Positions 29,828 to 39,716 of a DNA stretch of 60,929 bases are shown here, piece after piece. The DNA lies in NCBI GenBank assembly GCA_035531135.1, contig DATKTN010000171.1:1-60929 (forward strand), in the 5' to 3' direction. Made by a program: the position numbers and the translations under genes. The notes beneath the pieces are model-generated. The model saw nothing but the letters and a program-made list of their open reading frames with translations. It did not search any database and was not told the origin of the DNA. This DNA is from Anaerolineae bacterium. GTDB lineage: Bacteria > Chloroflexota > Anaerolineae > B4-G1. Within the stretch, counting starts at the first letter, position 1, and every line of letters starts with the position of its first letter.

Positions 29828-31147
29828 TTATCCCTTTAGCCCGGTAGTTGCAATTCCCTCCGTGAACTGCTTCTGGGTGAAAAAGTACAACACCAGGATG
29901 GGGATGGTCGTGAACACCGAGCCGGCCATGATGAGCTGAGTCTCCGCCCCCGATTCGGTGATAAAGCCCGACAGTCCCACGGTGATGGGGCGCCAATCGG
30001 GGGTGCTCGTGACGATCAAGGGCCACTGCAGCGAGTTCCAGGCCCAGATGCCGTTGAAAATGACCACCGACATCAAAGGTGCCTTCGAGATCGGCAGCAC
30101 GATCTGCGTCAGGAAGCGCAGATGGCCACTACCATCGATCAGCGCTGCATCGAACAGCTCGTTGGGGATCTGGGCAAAGAACTGCCGCAACAAGAAAACG
30201 CTAAAGGCATTGACCATGAAGGGGATCGTCAGTGCGGTCCAGTTGTTGTACCAGGCGTTCGTGATGCCAAACGTTTCTTTGAAAAAGTCCTCCAGTCCGA
30301 CGACGATCAGATAGTCCGGGATCATGATCACCGTCCACGGGATCATGTAGGTCGCCAGGTAGGCCGTGAACAGAAGGTCCTTGCCCGGAAACTCCATGCG
30401 GGCGAAGGCGTAGGCGGCCAGCGTGCCCGTCACGATCACCCCCGCGGTGGTCAACAGCGTGGTGACGACGCTGTTCCGTGTGTACCGGGCAAAGTCCGCA
30501 TCCCGCCAGGCCAGGATGTAATTCCCGAACAAGATGGGACCCAAATTCCACGCCTGCCGGACCACAAGGTGGTCCGGGTTGGGGTCGATCACCTTAAAGT
30601 GCGGTCCCCACCGGCCCCGGTCAGCACCGGCATAGTTCGGCCCGCCCCACTGTCCCAATCTGATGCGCGTGGTGAACTGGTCGGCCGTACGCGAGTCGAC
30701 GGTCAGAACAAACCGGTCATAGTTCTGTGTCCCGTCATCGGTGGTATCCAGCGCCAGAATCAGCACGTTGAAGGGAAGCGCTACTCCATCCTTCTCAAGG
30801 CGCTCGGCCACGACCTGGGACACCTCGTTCACAGGGATGGTGCCTTCCATCAGGGGGCTGAAGGAGGCGGTTGCCCCCTGCCACCTTTCGGCCGGATGGA
30901 GGGGCACCACGATCTCCTGGGCGGACGGCCGGTTGGCGAACGGACGCGTCGTCAGGCCCACAGGCCAGAACACCCTCTGGCTGTGTTCGCCGTAGGTCTT
31001 GAACGAGGTGAGGAGCATCCAGGCGAAGGGAAATATCGCCACGACGGCGCCCAGCGTGAGGATCAGGTACAAGATACTCTGTAGGAAGGTGCTACGTACC
31101 CGGTACTCGCTCGATTCACGTGCCACGGTGGCCGTTGCGCTAGCCAT
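29828..31147 (-). CDS. Carbohydrate ABC permease (MalG-type) with a large extracytoplasmic insertion
   Basis: PFAWMLLTSFK, AAYAFAR, ELFDAALIDG (EAA-like), WNSLQWP; ~140 extra aa after TM1. Confidence 0.9.
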   Translation of the reverse strand: MASATATVARESSEYRVRSTFLQSILYLILTLGAVVAIFPFAWMLLTSFKTYGEHSQRVFWPVGLTTRPFANRPSAQEIVVPLHPAERWQGATASFSPLMEGTIPVNEVSQVVAERLEKDGVALPFNVLILALDTTDDGTQNYDRFVLTVDSRTADQFTTRIRLGQWGGPNYAGADRGRWGPHFKVIDPNPDHLVVRQAWNLGPILFGNYILAWRDADFARYTRNSVVTTLLTTAGVIVTGTLAAYAFARMEFPGKDLLFTAYLATYMIPWTVIMIPDYLIVVGLEDFFKETFGITNAWYNNWTALTIPFMVNAFSVFLLRQFFAQIPNELFDAALIDGSGHLRFLTQIVLPISKAPLMSVVIFNGIWAWNSLQWPLIVTSTPDWRPITVGLSGFITESGAETQLIMAGSVFTTIPILVLYFFTQKQFTEGIATTGLKG

Positions 31148-32348
31148 AGAACACCCGTCCTTCCGAGATGCGGTTCTGGATCCACGTCAGGCTGAGCATC
31201 ACGCCGGTCAGGATGAACGCCAGGGCCGAGGCATAGCCGAAGCGGTGCCCTTCCCAAAAGTTCTTGAAAATGAGGATGCTGGCCGTCATCGTCGTGCCCT
31301 GGGGGAAGCCCAGCGTTCGGCCGGCCCGGGTCATGACGTATATGTGGTTAAAGGCCCTGAAGGTGCCCAGCACGCCCATCATGACCAGGAAGTAGGTGGT
31401 GGGCGAGACGAGGGGGATCGTGATGTGACGCAGCACCTCCCAACGGCTGGCGCCGTCTATCTCTGCTGCCTCGTAGAGTTCTCCCGGGACGGTCCCCAGC
31501 CCGGCCAGGTAGATGACGGCGTTGTAGCCGACGTACACCCAGATATTGTAGATGATCACGGCCACGAGCGCCATGCTCGGCCCGCCTGCCCAGGCCGGGA
31601 TCTCCAGGCCCAGCCTGCTGCCGATCCAGACAAAGATCGGCGTCGCCTCAAACAGCCACTGGGGAAGGTTCTCCTCGGCCATGCCGAGCGCGGTCAGCGC
31701 CATGTTGATCAAGCCGCGGCGCGGGTCGAGGATCGACCGCCACACGGCGGCGGAGGCCACCGTGACGGTGACGTACGGCAGAAAGTACAGAATGCGCCAG
31801 GTGGTCTTGCCGCGGATATTCTGGAACAGGATGTTGGCCAGAATGAAGGAGAGGACGATCTGAAACGGCACTGTGCCGAGGGAGTAGTAAAAGGTGACCA
31901 GCAGCGATGTGAACAGGTCCTCGTCGCCGTTGGCCAGCATGTCCGGGAATCCCACGACCAGCGCCAGGCCGCCAAAGATCAACATCAGCGCGGCGACGAC
32001 GCGCCACAGAACCACCCGTCCAGAAGTCTCGGGCCTGATGCTCTGCCACACCCACCATGCTCCAGCCAGAAGGGCCAGCCCTCCGATCACCCAGATGATG
32101 TCCTTGGGTGTGCCCAGCGCCCTGAGGTAGTTATCAAACGCGACAAAGTCGCCGCGTTTGATACGCCACTTGTGCATGCTGATGTAGAAGGCGTATCCTA
32201 CGGGCAGGAGGTTCCAGACAAACAGCAGGAGCGTCCCGGGGAGCAGGAACAGATAGGCCTGGAGGGCCTCGCGAATGCGCCGGCCACGTTGCCCCCCAAA
32301 GAGCCCACGGCGAGAGACAGGCGTCACGGCGTTTTCAATAGTGGCCAT
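31140..32348 (-). CDS. Carbohydrate ABC permease (MalF-type)
   Basis: YLFLLP, LYEAAEIDGA, ITIPL, GYASALA. Confidence 0.92.
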   Translation of the reverse strand: MATIENAVTPVSRRGLFGGQRGRRIREALQAYLFLLPGTLLLFVWNLLPVGYAFYISMHKWRIKRGDFVAFDNYLRALGTPKDIIWVIGGLALLAGAWWVWQSIRPETSGRVVLWRVVAALMLIFGGLALVVGFPDMLANGDEDLFTSLLVTFYYSLGTVPFQIVLSFILANILFQNIRGKTTWRILYFLPYVTVTVASAAVWRSILDPRRGLINMALTALGMAEENLPQWLFEATPIFVWIGSRLGLEIPAWAGGPSMALVAVIIYNIWVYVGYNAVIYLAGLGTVPGELYEAAEIDGASRWEVLRHITIPLVSPTTYFLVMMGVLGTFRAFNHIYVMTRAGRTLGFPQGTTMTASILIFKNFWEGHRFGYASALAFILTGVMLSLTWIQNRISEGRVFYG

Positions 32349-32380
32349 ACTCTCCTTTCACAGGCTGGACTGCGGTGGGT

Positions 32381-32409
32381 ATTATAGGTGAAAGGAAGAT
32401 GGCTGTCAA
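32381..32409 (-). promoter_or_regulatory. Perfect-consensus promoter of the ABC operon
   Basis: TTGACA-17 nt-TATAAT. Confidence 0.85.
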
Positions 32410-32476
32410 GCTTGAGGGGGCAGTGCGCAGAGCGCAAGCAGAAGAACCATTTGCGGTCTTGGACTGCAACGGATGC

Positions 32477-32506
32477 AAAACAGGCCGGGCATCGTGCCCG
32501 GCCTGT
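32477..32506 (-). terminator. Intrinsic terminator after lepB
   Basis: acaggccgggca/tgcccggcctgt stem followed by TTT on the minus strand. Confidence 0.8.
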
Positions 32507-32532
32507 CATGGTACGCAGCACTGCCCAAAACC

Positions 32533-33117
32533 CTACTCGACGAAGCCCACGTACTCCGGGGGCCAGTACGAAAACCAGGCGTGCCCCACGACGTGCTCGA
32601 TCGCCACCGGACCGAAATTCCGCGAGTCGTTGGAGGCGCCTCGGTTGTCGCCCATGGCAAAGATGTGCAGCGGCGGAATGGTCCGTGGGCCGTAACTGCC
32701 CCCACCTGGATTCACCGTCCAGGGTTCATCGAGTGGCTTGCCGTCGATGTACACCCGCCCACTGCGCACTTCGATGCTTTCCCCCGGCAGCCCCACTACA
32801 CGTTTAATCAGCATCTCTGATTGCTCCGGCAAGGCGATCACGACGATGTTGCCGCGCCGCGGGCCGTGGAAGAATCGGTACGTCACCTTCTCCACTACCA
32901 CCCGCTGTGTGCTGTGCAGGTTCGGCTCCATGCTCTGCCCCAGTACCTGGGTGGCCTGGGCCAGGAAGAGATTGATGATCAGGGCGATGACAACTGCGGG
33001 GATGACCGTCTCGGCCACCTCACGCAGTGCTTGCAGCAGCCACCGCAACGTCTGAGCCCCGGTACCACGGGGCTCAGGTCCGATTTCGTCTTCACGGTCT
33101 TCGATGATCTCTTCCAC
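32533..33117 (-). CDS. lepB: Signal peptidase I
   Basis: GQSMEP (Ser), IKRVVG (Lys), GDNRGASNDSR. Confidence 0.95.
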   Translation of the reverse strand: MEEIIEDREDEIGPEPRGTGAQTLRWLLQALREVAETVIPAVVIALIINLFLAQATQVLGQSMEPNLHSTQRVVVEKVTYRFFHGPRRGNIVVIALPEQSEMLIKRVVGLPGESIEVRSGRVYIDGKPLDEPWTVNPGGGSYGPRTIPPLHIFAMGDNRGASNDSRNFGPVAIEHVVGHAWFSYWPPEYVGFVE

Positions 33118-33136
33118 GGCAGCCTCTCAGCAGGAG

Positions 33137-35308
33137 CTAACGTTGTCGGGGTGGGCGCCGTCCTCTGCTGTCCCCCCTGCTGCTCCGATTCCCCCCCGGT
33201 CGGTCAGCCGCTTGGGCTTGCTCCAGCGTCCATCCCTCCAACACCGCCCGGCGCGAGAGCCGGATCTTTCCTTCAGGGCCAATGTTGGTCACCATCACCA
33301 TGATCTCATCGCCGACTTCCGCCACGTCCTTGACAGCGTTGACCCGATAGTCAGCCAGTTGCGAGATGTGCACCAGCCCGTCGGTACCCGGTAGGATCTC
33401 GACGAATGCACCAAAGTCGGTGATGCGCACCACGCGCCCGGTGTAGATGCGGCCTGCCTCGGGCTCCTCGGTCAACTCCTCAATCATCCGCTGCGCTTTC
33501 TCCGCAGCCGGGCCGCTGGTCGACGCGATGTAAATCGTGCCATCGTCCTCGATGTCGATACGCACGTCGAACTCGTCCTGGATGGCACGCACCGTCTTGC
33601 CGCCCGTCCCGATGACCGCCCCCAGTTTGTCGGGGTCTACGTGGAGGATGGTCATGCGCGGCGCGTAGGGCGAAAGTGTCGTCCGTGGTGCAGAGATGGT
33701 CGTTTCCATCACGTCGAGAATCTGCATCCGTGCCTGGCGGGCTTGTTCCAACGCCTGTGCCAGGATGTCGTAGGAGAGACCGGCGACTTTGATGTCCATT
33801 TGCAACGCACTGATCCCTGCGCGCGTGCCGGCGACTTTAAAGTCCATGTCTCCGATGTGATCTTCCAGCCCCTGGATGTCGGTCAGGATTTGAGAGCGCC
33901 CCTTCTCCATCATCAGCCCCATCGCGATGCCCGCGACCGGAGCCTTGATGGGCACGCCAGCGTCCATGAGCGCCAACGTGCTCCCACACACGCTCGCCAT
34001 TGATGTCGAACCGTTGGAGCTGACTGCCTCGCTGACGACGCGAATCGTGTAAGGGAACTCGCTTGTGTCGGGGATCACCGGCAGCAGTGCCCGCTCGGCC
34101 AACGCTCCGTGGCCGATTTCTCGCCGGCGGGGACCACGCAGCGGGCGCGTCTCACCGGTAGAGTAGGGCGGGAAGTTGTAGTGGTGTATGTACCGCTTGG
34201 TCTCCTCCGGTGAAAGATCATCCAGCATCTGCTCTTCCCGCGGCGTGCCCAGCGTGGCGACGGAAAGCACCTGGGTCTCACCACGGGTGAAGAGACCGGA
34301 CCCGTGCGTCCGTGGCAGCAGTCCCACCTCGGTCGAAAGGGGACGGATCGTCTGCGGATCGCGCCCGTCGGCGCGAATGCCCTCCTCGATGGTGCGCCTG
34401 CGGACGAGTTCGCGCTCCACTTCCTCGAAAGCTTCCTTGACTGATCCCCTGTCCCACTCCTCGCCCAGATTCTCGACGAGCTCATCCTTTAAGACCTTCA
34501 ATCGCTCGCTGCGATCGTGCTTGCCCGTTGCGCCGTAGATGGCCTCCGGTAGCCGGTCGCCCACCTGCTGACGGGCAGCCTCAATCAACTCATCGGGCAG
34601 GACGTAGGGCGTGTAGGTCCGCTTGGGCTTCCCCACCGCCTCCCGCATCTCGTTCTGGGCACGGATCACGTCCTGTACTGCCTCGTGACCACGGCGAAGT
34701 GCCTCGATCATGACAGCTTCGCTGACCTCATCTGCCCCGGCCTCGACCATCAGCAGCGCGTCGGCGGTGCCAGCCAGCCGCAGGTCGAGCGCGCTGTGTT
34801 CCATCTGCGAGATCGTTGGGTTGATGATCACCTCGCCATCTATGTGCCCCACGCGCACGGCCCCTACCGGCCCATCAAATGGGACGTCGGAGATCGTGAG
34901 TGCTGCCGAAGCACCAATGATAGACAGGATGTCGGCCTGATGCTCCTCGTCTTGTGAGAGCGGTGTGATGATGACCTGCACGTCGTTGCGCAGGTCGTGG
35001 GGGAACAGGGGGCGGATGGGACGATCGGTTAACCGCATCGTAAGCGTGGCCGATTCGGTTGGCCGCCCCTCGCGGCGGAAGAAAGAACCCGGGATGCGGC
35101 CCGCCGCGTAGAGCCGTTCCTCAAAGTCCACTGTCAGGGGGAAGAACCCGATCCCCTCGCGGACATCGTGTGACATGGTCGCTGTGACGAGCAACACCGT
35201 GTCGCCATAGCGCACCGTAACCGCACCGCCTGCCTGTTGGGCCAGTTTGCCGGTCTCAATCGTGACGACCTCGCCACCCAACGTGGCGGTAGATTTGTAG
35301 TTATTCAC
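33137..35308 (-). CDS. pnp: Polyribonucleotide nucleotidyltransferase
   Basis: [41 protein letters not shown] and S1 domains. Confidence 0.98.
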   Translation of the reverse strand: MNNYKSTATLGGEVVTIETGKLAQQAGGAVTVRYGDTVLLVTATMSHDVREGIGFFPLTVDFEERLYAAGRIPGSFFRREGRPTESATLTMRLTDRPIRPLFPHDLRNDVQVIITPLSQDEEHQADILSIIGASAALTISDVPFDGPVGAVRVGHIDGEVIINPTISQMEHSALDLRLAGTADALLMVEAGADEVSEAVMIEALRRGHEAVQDVIRAQNEMREAVGKPKRTYTPYVLPDELIEAARQQVGDRLPEAIYGATGKHDRSERLKVLKDELVENLGEEWDRGSVKEAFEEVERELVRRRTIEEGIRADGRDPQTIRPLSTEVGLLPRTHGSGLFTRGETQVLSVATLGTPREEQMLDDLSPEETKRYIHHYNFPPYSTGETRPLRGPRRREIGHGALAERALLPVIPDTSEFPYTIRVVSEAVSSNGSTSMASVCGSTLALMDAGVPIKAPVAGIAMGLMMEKGRSQILTDIQGLEDHIGDMDFKVAGTRAGISALQMDIKVAGLSYDILAQALEQARQARMQILDVMETTISAPRTTLSPYAPRMTILHVDPDKLGAVIGTGGKTVRAIQDEFDVRIDIEDDGTIYIASTSGPAAEKAQRMIEELTEEPEAGRIYTGRVVRITDFGAFVEILPGTDGLVHISQLADYRVNAVKDVAEVGDEIMVMVTNIGPEGKIRLSRRAVLEGWTLEQAQAADRPGGNRSSRGDSRGRRPPRQR

Positions 35309-35337
35309 CTTTTATACCTCCGTGTCTGGGATCAGGC

Positions 35338-35420
35338 GCGAAGGTCAGGGACTGGGCAGTATCTCGTAGCAGACTGCTCGCCGTTAGGCTACGCTACACT
35401 TCCCAATTCCTGGACCCGCG
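35338..35420 (-). promoter_or_regulatory. Long imperfect stem-loop in the pnp leader (putative RNase III-type processing site)
   Basis: Minus strand pairings ggtc/gacc, aggaattggg/cccagtccct, agt/act, cgtagc/gctacg. Confidence 0.55.
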
Positions 35421-35477
35421 TCTGACCTCCTTCTTGCTTACTTACTTGGACTGTCTGAATTCCAGAGAGATACACCA

Positions 35478-35517
35478 AACGAGTAGATGGGCATACCTTC
35501 ACCCGCATCTACTCGTT
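35478..35517 (-). terminator. Hairpin immediately after rpsO (terminator or processing stem)
   Basis: 12-bp perfect stem aacgagtagatg/catctactcgtt; U-tract is weak. Confidence 0.55.
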
Positions 35518-35539
35518 CAATTGACTCCCCACTTATGCG

Positions 35540-35809
35540 CTACCTGCGCAATCCAAGGCGCTGGATGATCTCCTGGTAGCGTTCAGGGGCTTTGCGACTG
35601 AGATAGGTGAGATGACGCCTCCGTTGGCCAACCATCTTGATCAGGCCACGCCGCGAATGCTCATCGTGCCTATGTGTCTTCAAGTGTTCCGTCAGTTGAA
35701 TGATGCGGGTGGTCAATAGCGCAATCTGTACTTCCGGCGAGCCCGTATCGTTGGGCGCACGGCCGTACTCTTGGACAACGACTTCTTTCTCGCTCTTACT
35801 CAACGGCAC
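35540..35809 (-). CDS. rpsO: 30S ribosomal protein S15
   Basis: [32 protein letters not shown]. Confidence 0.98.
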   Translation of the reverse strand: MPLSKSEKEVVVQEYGRAPNDTGSPEVQIALLTTRIIQLTEHLKTHRHDEHSRRGLIKMVGQRRRHLTYLSRKAPERYQEIIQRLGLRR

Positions 35810-35880
35810 CGTTTCCTCCTTACTGCACGCGGGCGGGGCTCAATCTGCACCCCTGCCAGTCTACGGTGTTATTCTACCAC
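35810..35880 (-). promoter_or_regulatory. rpsO extended -10 promoter and structured leader
   Basis: TGGTAGAAT at 35871-35879; leader hairpin ggcaggggt/gccccgcc (35832-35857) upstream of AGGAGG. Confidence 0.55.
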
Positions 35881-36034
35881 GATTCAGCCCCATGCGCAAA
35901 CCGGCGGATCGGCAATAACCGGGGTTGTGGTCCTTCCCGAATTGCGGTAGAATGGCGCGGATTCATGAGAGCCCCGGTCCCGGAGGCGATGCGCCGTTGG
36001 GGCAGGCAGTCGCTCACGGGATGGGAGGAACAGG

Positions 36035-37630
36035 TTGGACGAAACACACGGGACATCGTTACAGCGAGACGTGGAGGTCGCACAGGCAGCCGGGATCATC
36101 GCGCTGGGCAACATCGCCAGCCGCTTGCTGGGGTTGGTGCGGGAGATGGTCAAGTCCGGCCTGTTCGGTGCAGGCCCCCACGTAGACGCGCTGAACGCAG
36201 CGCTCCGCGTCCCCAACACCCTTTACGACCTCGTGGTGGGTGGTATGACCAGCTCGGTTCTCATTCCCGTCCTCTCCGACTACGCCGTCCCGGAGCGCCG
36301 TGCCGAGTTGTGGCACCTGCTCAGCGTCCTGATTAGCATCGCCTCGCTGGTCATGTGCGGGTTCGTCCTGCTGGGGGAGCTCTTGGCCCCCCAACTGGTC
36401 GGGTTATTGGTGGAGGGCCTGTCGTCCCCCTACCAGGCCCTGGCGACTGACTTGCTGCGCGTGGTACTCCCGGCCATCATATTCCTTAGCCTGGCCAGCA
36501 TCCTGTCCGGTGGTCTCTACGCGCTTAAGCAGTTCACCTTCCCCGCTTTCACTGTGGCCATCTTTAACGCCGGCGTCGTCGTCGTGGCGCTGGCCCTGGG
36601 CCGCCGCTGGGGGGTCCACAGCATGGCAGCCGGCCTGCTGGTGGGTGCTGTCCTCCAGGTGGCACTCCAACTGCCTGGACTGCGCGGCGCCCGGCTGCGC
36701 TTCGCCCTCGATCTCCGCCACCCTGCCTTGCGCCGCATCGTTCGTCTCTACCTTCCGATCCTGATCGGCCTGGCGGTGGACACACTGGCGGTGTTTCTGA
36801 GTTACAATCTGGCCTCCCGTACTGGCGAAGGTTCGATATCCTGGATGGAATACGCAGCGACGATCATCCAATTTCCCCTCGGCCTGGTCGTCACGGCTAT
36901 CTCGATCGCCATTCTACCTACGCTCTCCCGGCAGGCGAGCGCCGAGGAAATCGGCCCTTTCCGGGCTACGCTGGCCCAGGGGCTGAGGCTGGTTCTCGTT
37001 CTCATCATCCCGGCCACCATTGGCCTGTACGTGTTGGCGACCCCCATCGTCGCTGTCATCTTCGAACACGGCGGCTTTAAGCCAGCGGACACAGTGGCGA
37101 CGGCGGAGGCGCTACGGTGTGCGCTCCTGGGGTTGCTCTTCGCGGCTGTCGATCAGCCGCTCATTTTCGCTTTCTACGCTCACAAAGACACGCTGACCCC
37201 TGCCCTGGTGGGTGTGGGGACGACGCTGTTGTATGTCCTGATGGCCCTCATCCCCTGGTGGCTGGGTGTATTGACACTGCCGCTCCTGGTCCTGGTCAAC
37301 TCGCTCAAGTTGACCGCCCACGCGGTGGCCATGTTATGGCTGACCCGGCGGCGGCTGGGCGGGCTGGGCGACCATCGTCTGTGGTCTCTCACGGGGAAGG
37401 CCACACTTGCGTCGCTGGTGATGGCGGCGGTGACGGGCGGCATCATGCGCGCCCTGGCAGCGGCAGTATCGCCGGGCCTGCCAGGAGAGCTGCTGGCGGT
37501 AGGTGCTGCTGGGGGTGTCGGGGTGGTCATCTACGGGCTTTTGGCTCTGGCATTGAGGCTGGAGGAGATCCACCTGATCCGCGCAGCCTTCAATGATGGC
37601 CTGAACCGCTTGACGAGGGCTGGGCGGTAG
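36035..37630 (+). CDS. murJ: Lipid II flippase MurJ (MviN)
   Basis: SRLLGLVRE, A.RVPN, QFPLG, FEHGGF, FYA; TTG after GGAGGA. Confidence 0.93.
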   Translation: MDETHGTSLQRDVEVAQAAGIIALGNIASRLLGLVREMVKSGLFGAGPHVDALNAALRVPNTLYDLVVGGMTSSVLIPVLSDYAVPERRAELWHLLSVLISIASLVMCGFVLLGELLAPQLVGLLVEGLSSPYQALATDLLRVVLPAIIFLSLASILSGGLYALKQFTFPAFTVAIFNAGVVVVALALGRRWGVHSMAAGLLVGAVLQVALQLPGLRGARLRFALDLRHPALRRIVRLYLPILIGLAVDTLAVFLSYNLASRTGEGSISWMEYAATIIQFPLGLVVTAISIAILPTLSRQASAEEIGPFRATLAQGLRLVLVLIIPATIGLYVLATPIVAVIFEHGGFKPADTVATAEALRCALLGLLFAAVDQPLIFAFYAHKDTLTPALVGVGTTLLYVLMALIPWWLGVLTLPLLVLVNSLKLTAHAVAMLWLTRRRLGGLGDHRLWSLTGKATLASLVMAAVTGGIMRALAAAVSPGLPGELLAVGAAGGVGVVIYGLLALALRLEEIHLIRAAFNDGLNRLTRAGR

Positions 37631-37638
37631 ATTATAAT
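37610..37638 (+). promoter_or_regulatory. Promoter of the methyltransferase-sortase operon
   Basis: TTGACG-17 nt-TATAAT overlapping the murJ end. Confidence 0.75.
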
Positions 37639-37665
37639 GTTGTCAACCATGCGAGAGAGGTACCA

Positions 37666-38475
37666 TTGAGGAGCGAGAAGAGCCAATCGGTTCGTCCCGA
37701 GTTATACGACGAGACCTACTTCCTGGGCGCTTGCGAAGGGTACGCAGAGTTCATCGCCAGTGAGGGAGTTCATCTTTCGCGTCGACTGAGCCAGGCCTTT
37801 GAGGTGGCGGAGGTCGCACCTGGAATGCGGGTGCTTGACGTTGGCTGCGGGCGTGGCGAGATCCTGCGCCACTGTGCGAGGCTGGGGGCACGGGCCTACG
37901 GGGTGGACTATGCACCGGTCGCAGCTCGGATGGCGCGGAGATTGGCGGCGTGCGGCGGGGAAACTCGGAACGCAGCGAGGATCTATTTGGCCGATGCCAA
38001 GTGGTTGCCCTTTCCTGCGGCCTTCTTCGACCGCGTGCTGATGTTCGATTTGGTCGAGCACCTTCATCCCTGGGAACTGGATCAGGCGCTGGCGGAGGCA
38101 CGGCGCGTGCTGCGGCTCAATGGCCGGCTCGTCATCCACACCGCCCCCAACGTCTGGTACGATCGGTACGCCTACCCGGTGGTGCGGCTGGTGCGCGCGC
38201 TGATGAATCAGAGGGGAGATTACCCCAAGGACCCCCGCGCCATCATCCCCGCCAATCTCGACGTGCACGTCAACGAGCAGAGCGCGCTGAGCCTGTGGCG
38301 CGTGCTCAGGCGGGCCGGCTTTCGCGTTCGGATTTGGCTGGACACACCTCCGCAGTACCGCGACGAGGGGTGGGTATTCCGTTGTGCCCGCTGCATTCTC
38401 TTCAACTGGTCGCCCTTCCGCTGGTTCTTTGAGCGCGAGGTGTTCGGCGTGGCGCGAGTGGATGCTTCACGATAG
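37666..38475 (+). CDS. Class I SAM-dependent methyltransferase
   Basis: VLDVGCGRGE, LPF, FDRV, VEHL. Confidence 0.9.
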   Translation: MRSEKSQSVRPELYDETYFLGACEGYAEFIASEGVHLSRRLSQAFEVAEVAPGMRVLDVGCGRGEILRHCARLGARAYGVDYAPVAARMARRLAACGGETRNAARIYLADAKWLPFPAAFFDRVLMFDLVEHLHPWELDQALAEARRVLRLNGRLVIHTAPNVWYDRYAYPVVRLVRALMNQRGDYPKDPRAIIPANLDVHVNEQSALSLWRVLRRAGFRVRIWLDTPPQYRDEGWVFRCARCILFNWSPFRWFFEREVFGVARVDASR

Positions 38476-38476
38476 G

Positions 38477-39451
38477 ATGAAAGACCGCCGCACCGTTGAC
38501 GAGCTGTCCATAGAGGACCTGGAGGAGATTCTGCGCGTCCGCAAGCGGCAGGCGCGGCTGGAACGTCTGCGCCAGTTGGGCAAAGAGGCCGAGGGGAGCG
38601 CACTTGACCCGCTGGCACCCAGGCCGGTTGAACCGCAACTGCCCCCCCTGCCGACGGACTATCGGCGCTTCCAGGACGCGGGTGCGACGGCGCAGTACCG
38701 GGCTCACGCGCTGGACGAACCATTTGCAGCGGCGGAGGAGGCATCCAAGCGGGAGCCGCGCCGGATTCGCTGGGACTGGCTGCGCGACAGAAGCCTGCTG
38801 GTGGTCGAACTGGCTGTGCTGGCGGGGTTGCTCTTCGTACTACTCGGTTCGCTGGCGACACTGCGCCAGATCAATGAGGAGACCAGTCAGGCCCAGCAGG
38901 CCCAACTGCCGACGCTCACACCGACCCCTCTTATCGCGGTCGTGCTGCCGGGCGGCCACACACCGCCCGATTCAGCCGGCGGCCCCGCACCTGAGGAGAT
39001 TCCTCCCCACCTGCGTGACCTGGTGGGTGCGATCACCCCGCTGCCCATGCCCACGCCTGGGCCGGAGCACGCCATCCGCGTTCAGATTCCTGCCATCGGG
39101 GTGGATGCCCCCACTGTGGAGGGGGACGACTGGGAGGCGCTCAAGCAGGGGGCCGGCCATCACGTCGGCAGTGCCAACCCGGGCGAGAGCGGCAATTGCG
39201 TCATCTCGGCCCATAACGACATCTTTGGCGAGATCTTTCGCAATCTGCCCAACATCGACCTGGGCGATGAGGTGTTCGTCCACACCGCCAGCCAGGTATA
39301 CCGTTACGTCGTCACCCAGAAACGCATCATTGAGCCGACAGAGGTGAGCGTGATGCAACCTGCCTCCAGTCCGGTCCTCACGCTCATCTCCTGCTACCCG
39401 TATGGAATTGACACGCATCGTATCGTTGTCATTGGCGAGTTACAACCGTAG
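38477..39451 (+). CDS. Sortase (class D-like) with a long N-terminal cytoplasmic extension
   Basis: TM, then SAHND (His), TLISCYP (Cys), HRIVV (Arg). Confidence 0.92.
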   Translation: MKDRRTVDELSIEDLEEILRVRKRQARLERLRQLGKEAEGSALDPLAPRPVEPQLPPLPTDYRRFQDAGATAQYRAHALDEPFAAAEEASKREPRRIRWDWLRDRSLLVVELAVLAGLLFVLLGSLATLRQINEETSQAQQAQLPTLTPTPLIAVVLPGGHTPPDSAGGPAPEEIPPHLRDLVGAITPLPMPTPGPEHAIRVQIPAIGVDAPTVEGDDWEALKQGAGHHVGSANPGESGNCVISAHNDIFGEIFRNLPNIDLGDEVFVHTASQVYRYVVTQKRIIEPTEVSVMQPASSPVLTLISCYPYGIDTHRIVVIGELQP

Positions 39452-39467
39452 AGGGAAGGAGTAGATC

Positions 39468-39716
39468 ATGGCGAAAAAATCACGTCGCGTCAGGAAGAAG
39501 GGTCGAGCGGTGCGCCTTTCACCGAGCCAGATGGTGCAGCCGGGGGTGGACGAGATGGTCGATGCGCCTCTGGTTGCCGCTCCGGCGCGGCCTGCGCCCA
39601 AGGCATCTGACCTGCAGGAGGAGTACCGTTACGTCATCACCGACCTCAAGCGCATCGGCGTCATTGCCATGGCTATGTTGGCGGTGTTGATTGTACTGGC
39701 GTTGTTGTTGACTTGA
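39468..39716 (+). CDS. Small single-pass membrane protein
   Basis: Strong RBS, basic N-terminus, EEYRYVITDLKRIG plus C-terminal TM. Confidence 0.75.
   Translation: MAKKSRRVRKKGRAVRLSPSQMVQPGVDEMVDAPLVAAPARPAPKASDLQEEYRYVITDLKRIGVIAMAMLAVLIVLALLLT

Noticed and set aside
32375-32695. Small Cys-rich (DnaJ zinc-finger-like) ORF
   Set aside because: The Cys codons come from the lepB terminator hairpin; it overlaps the ABC promoter and lepB antisense
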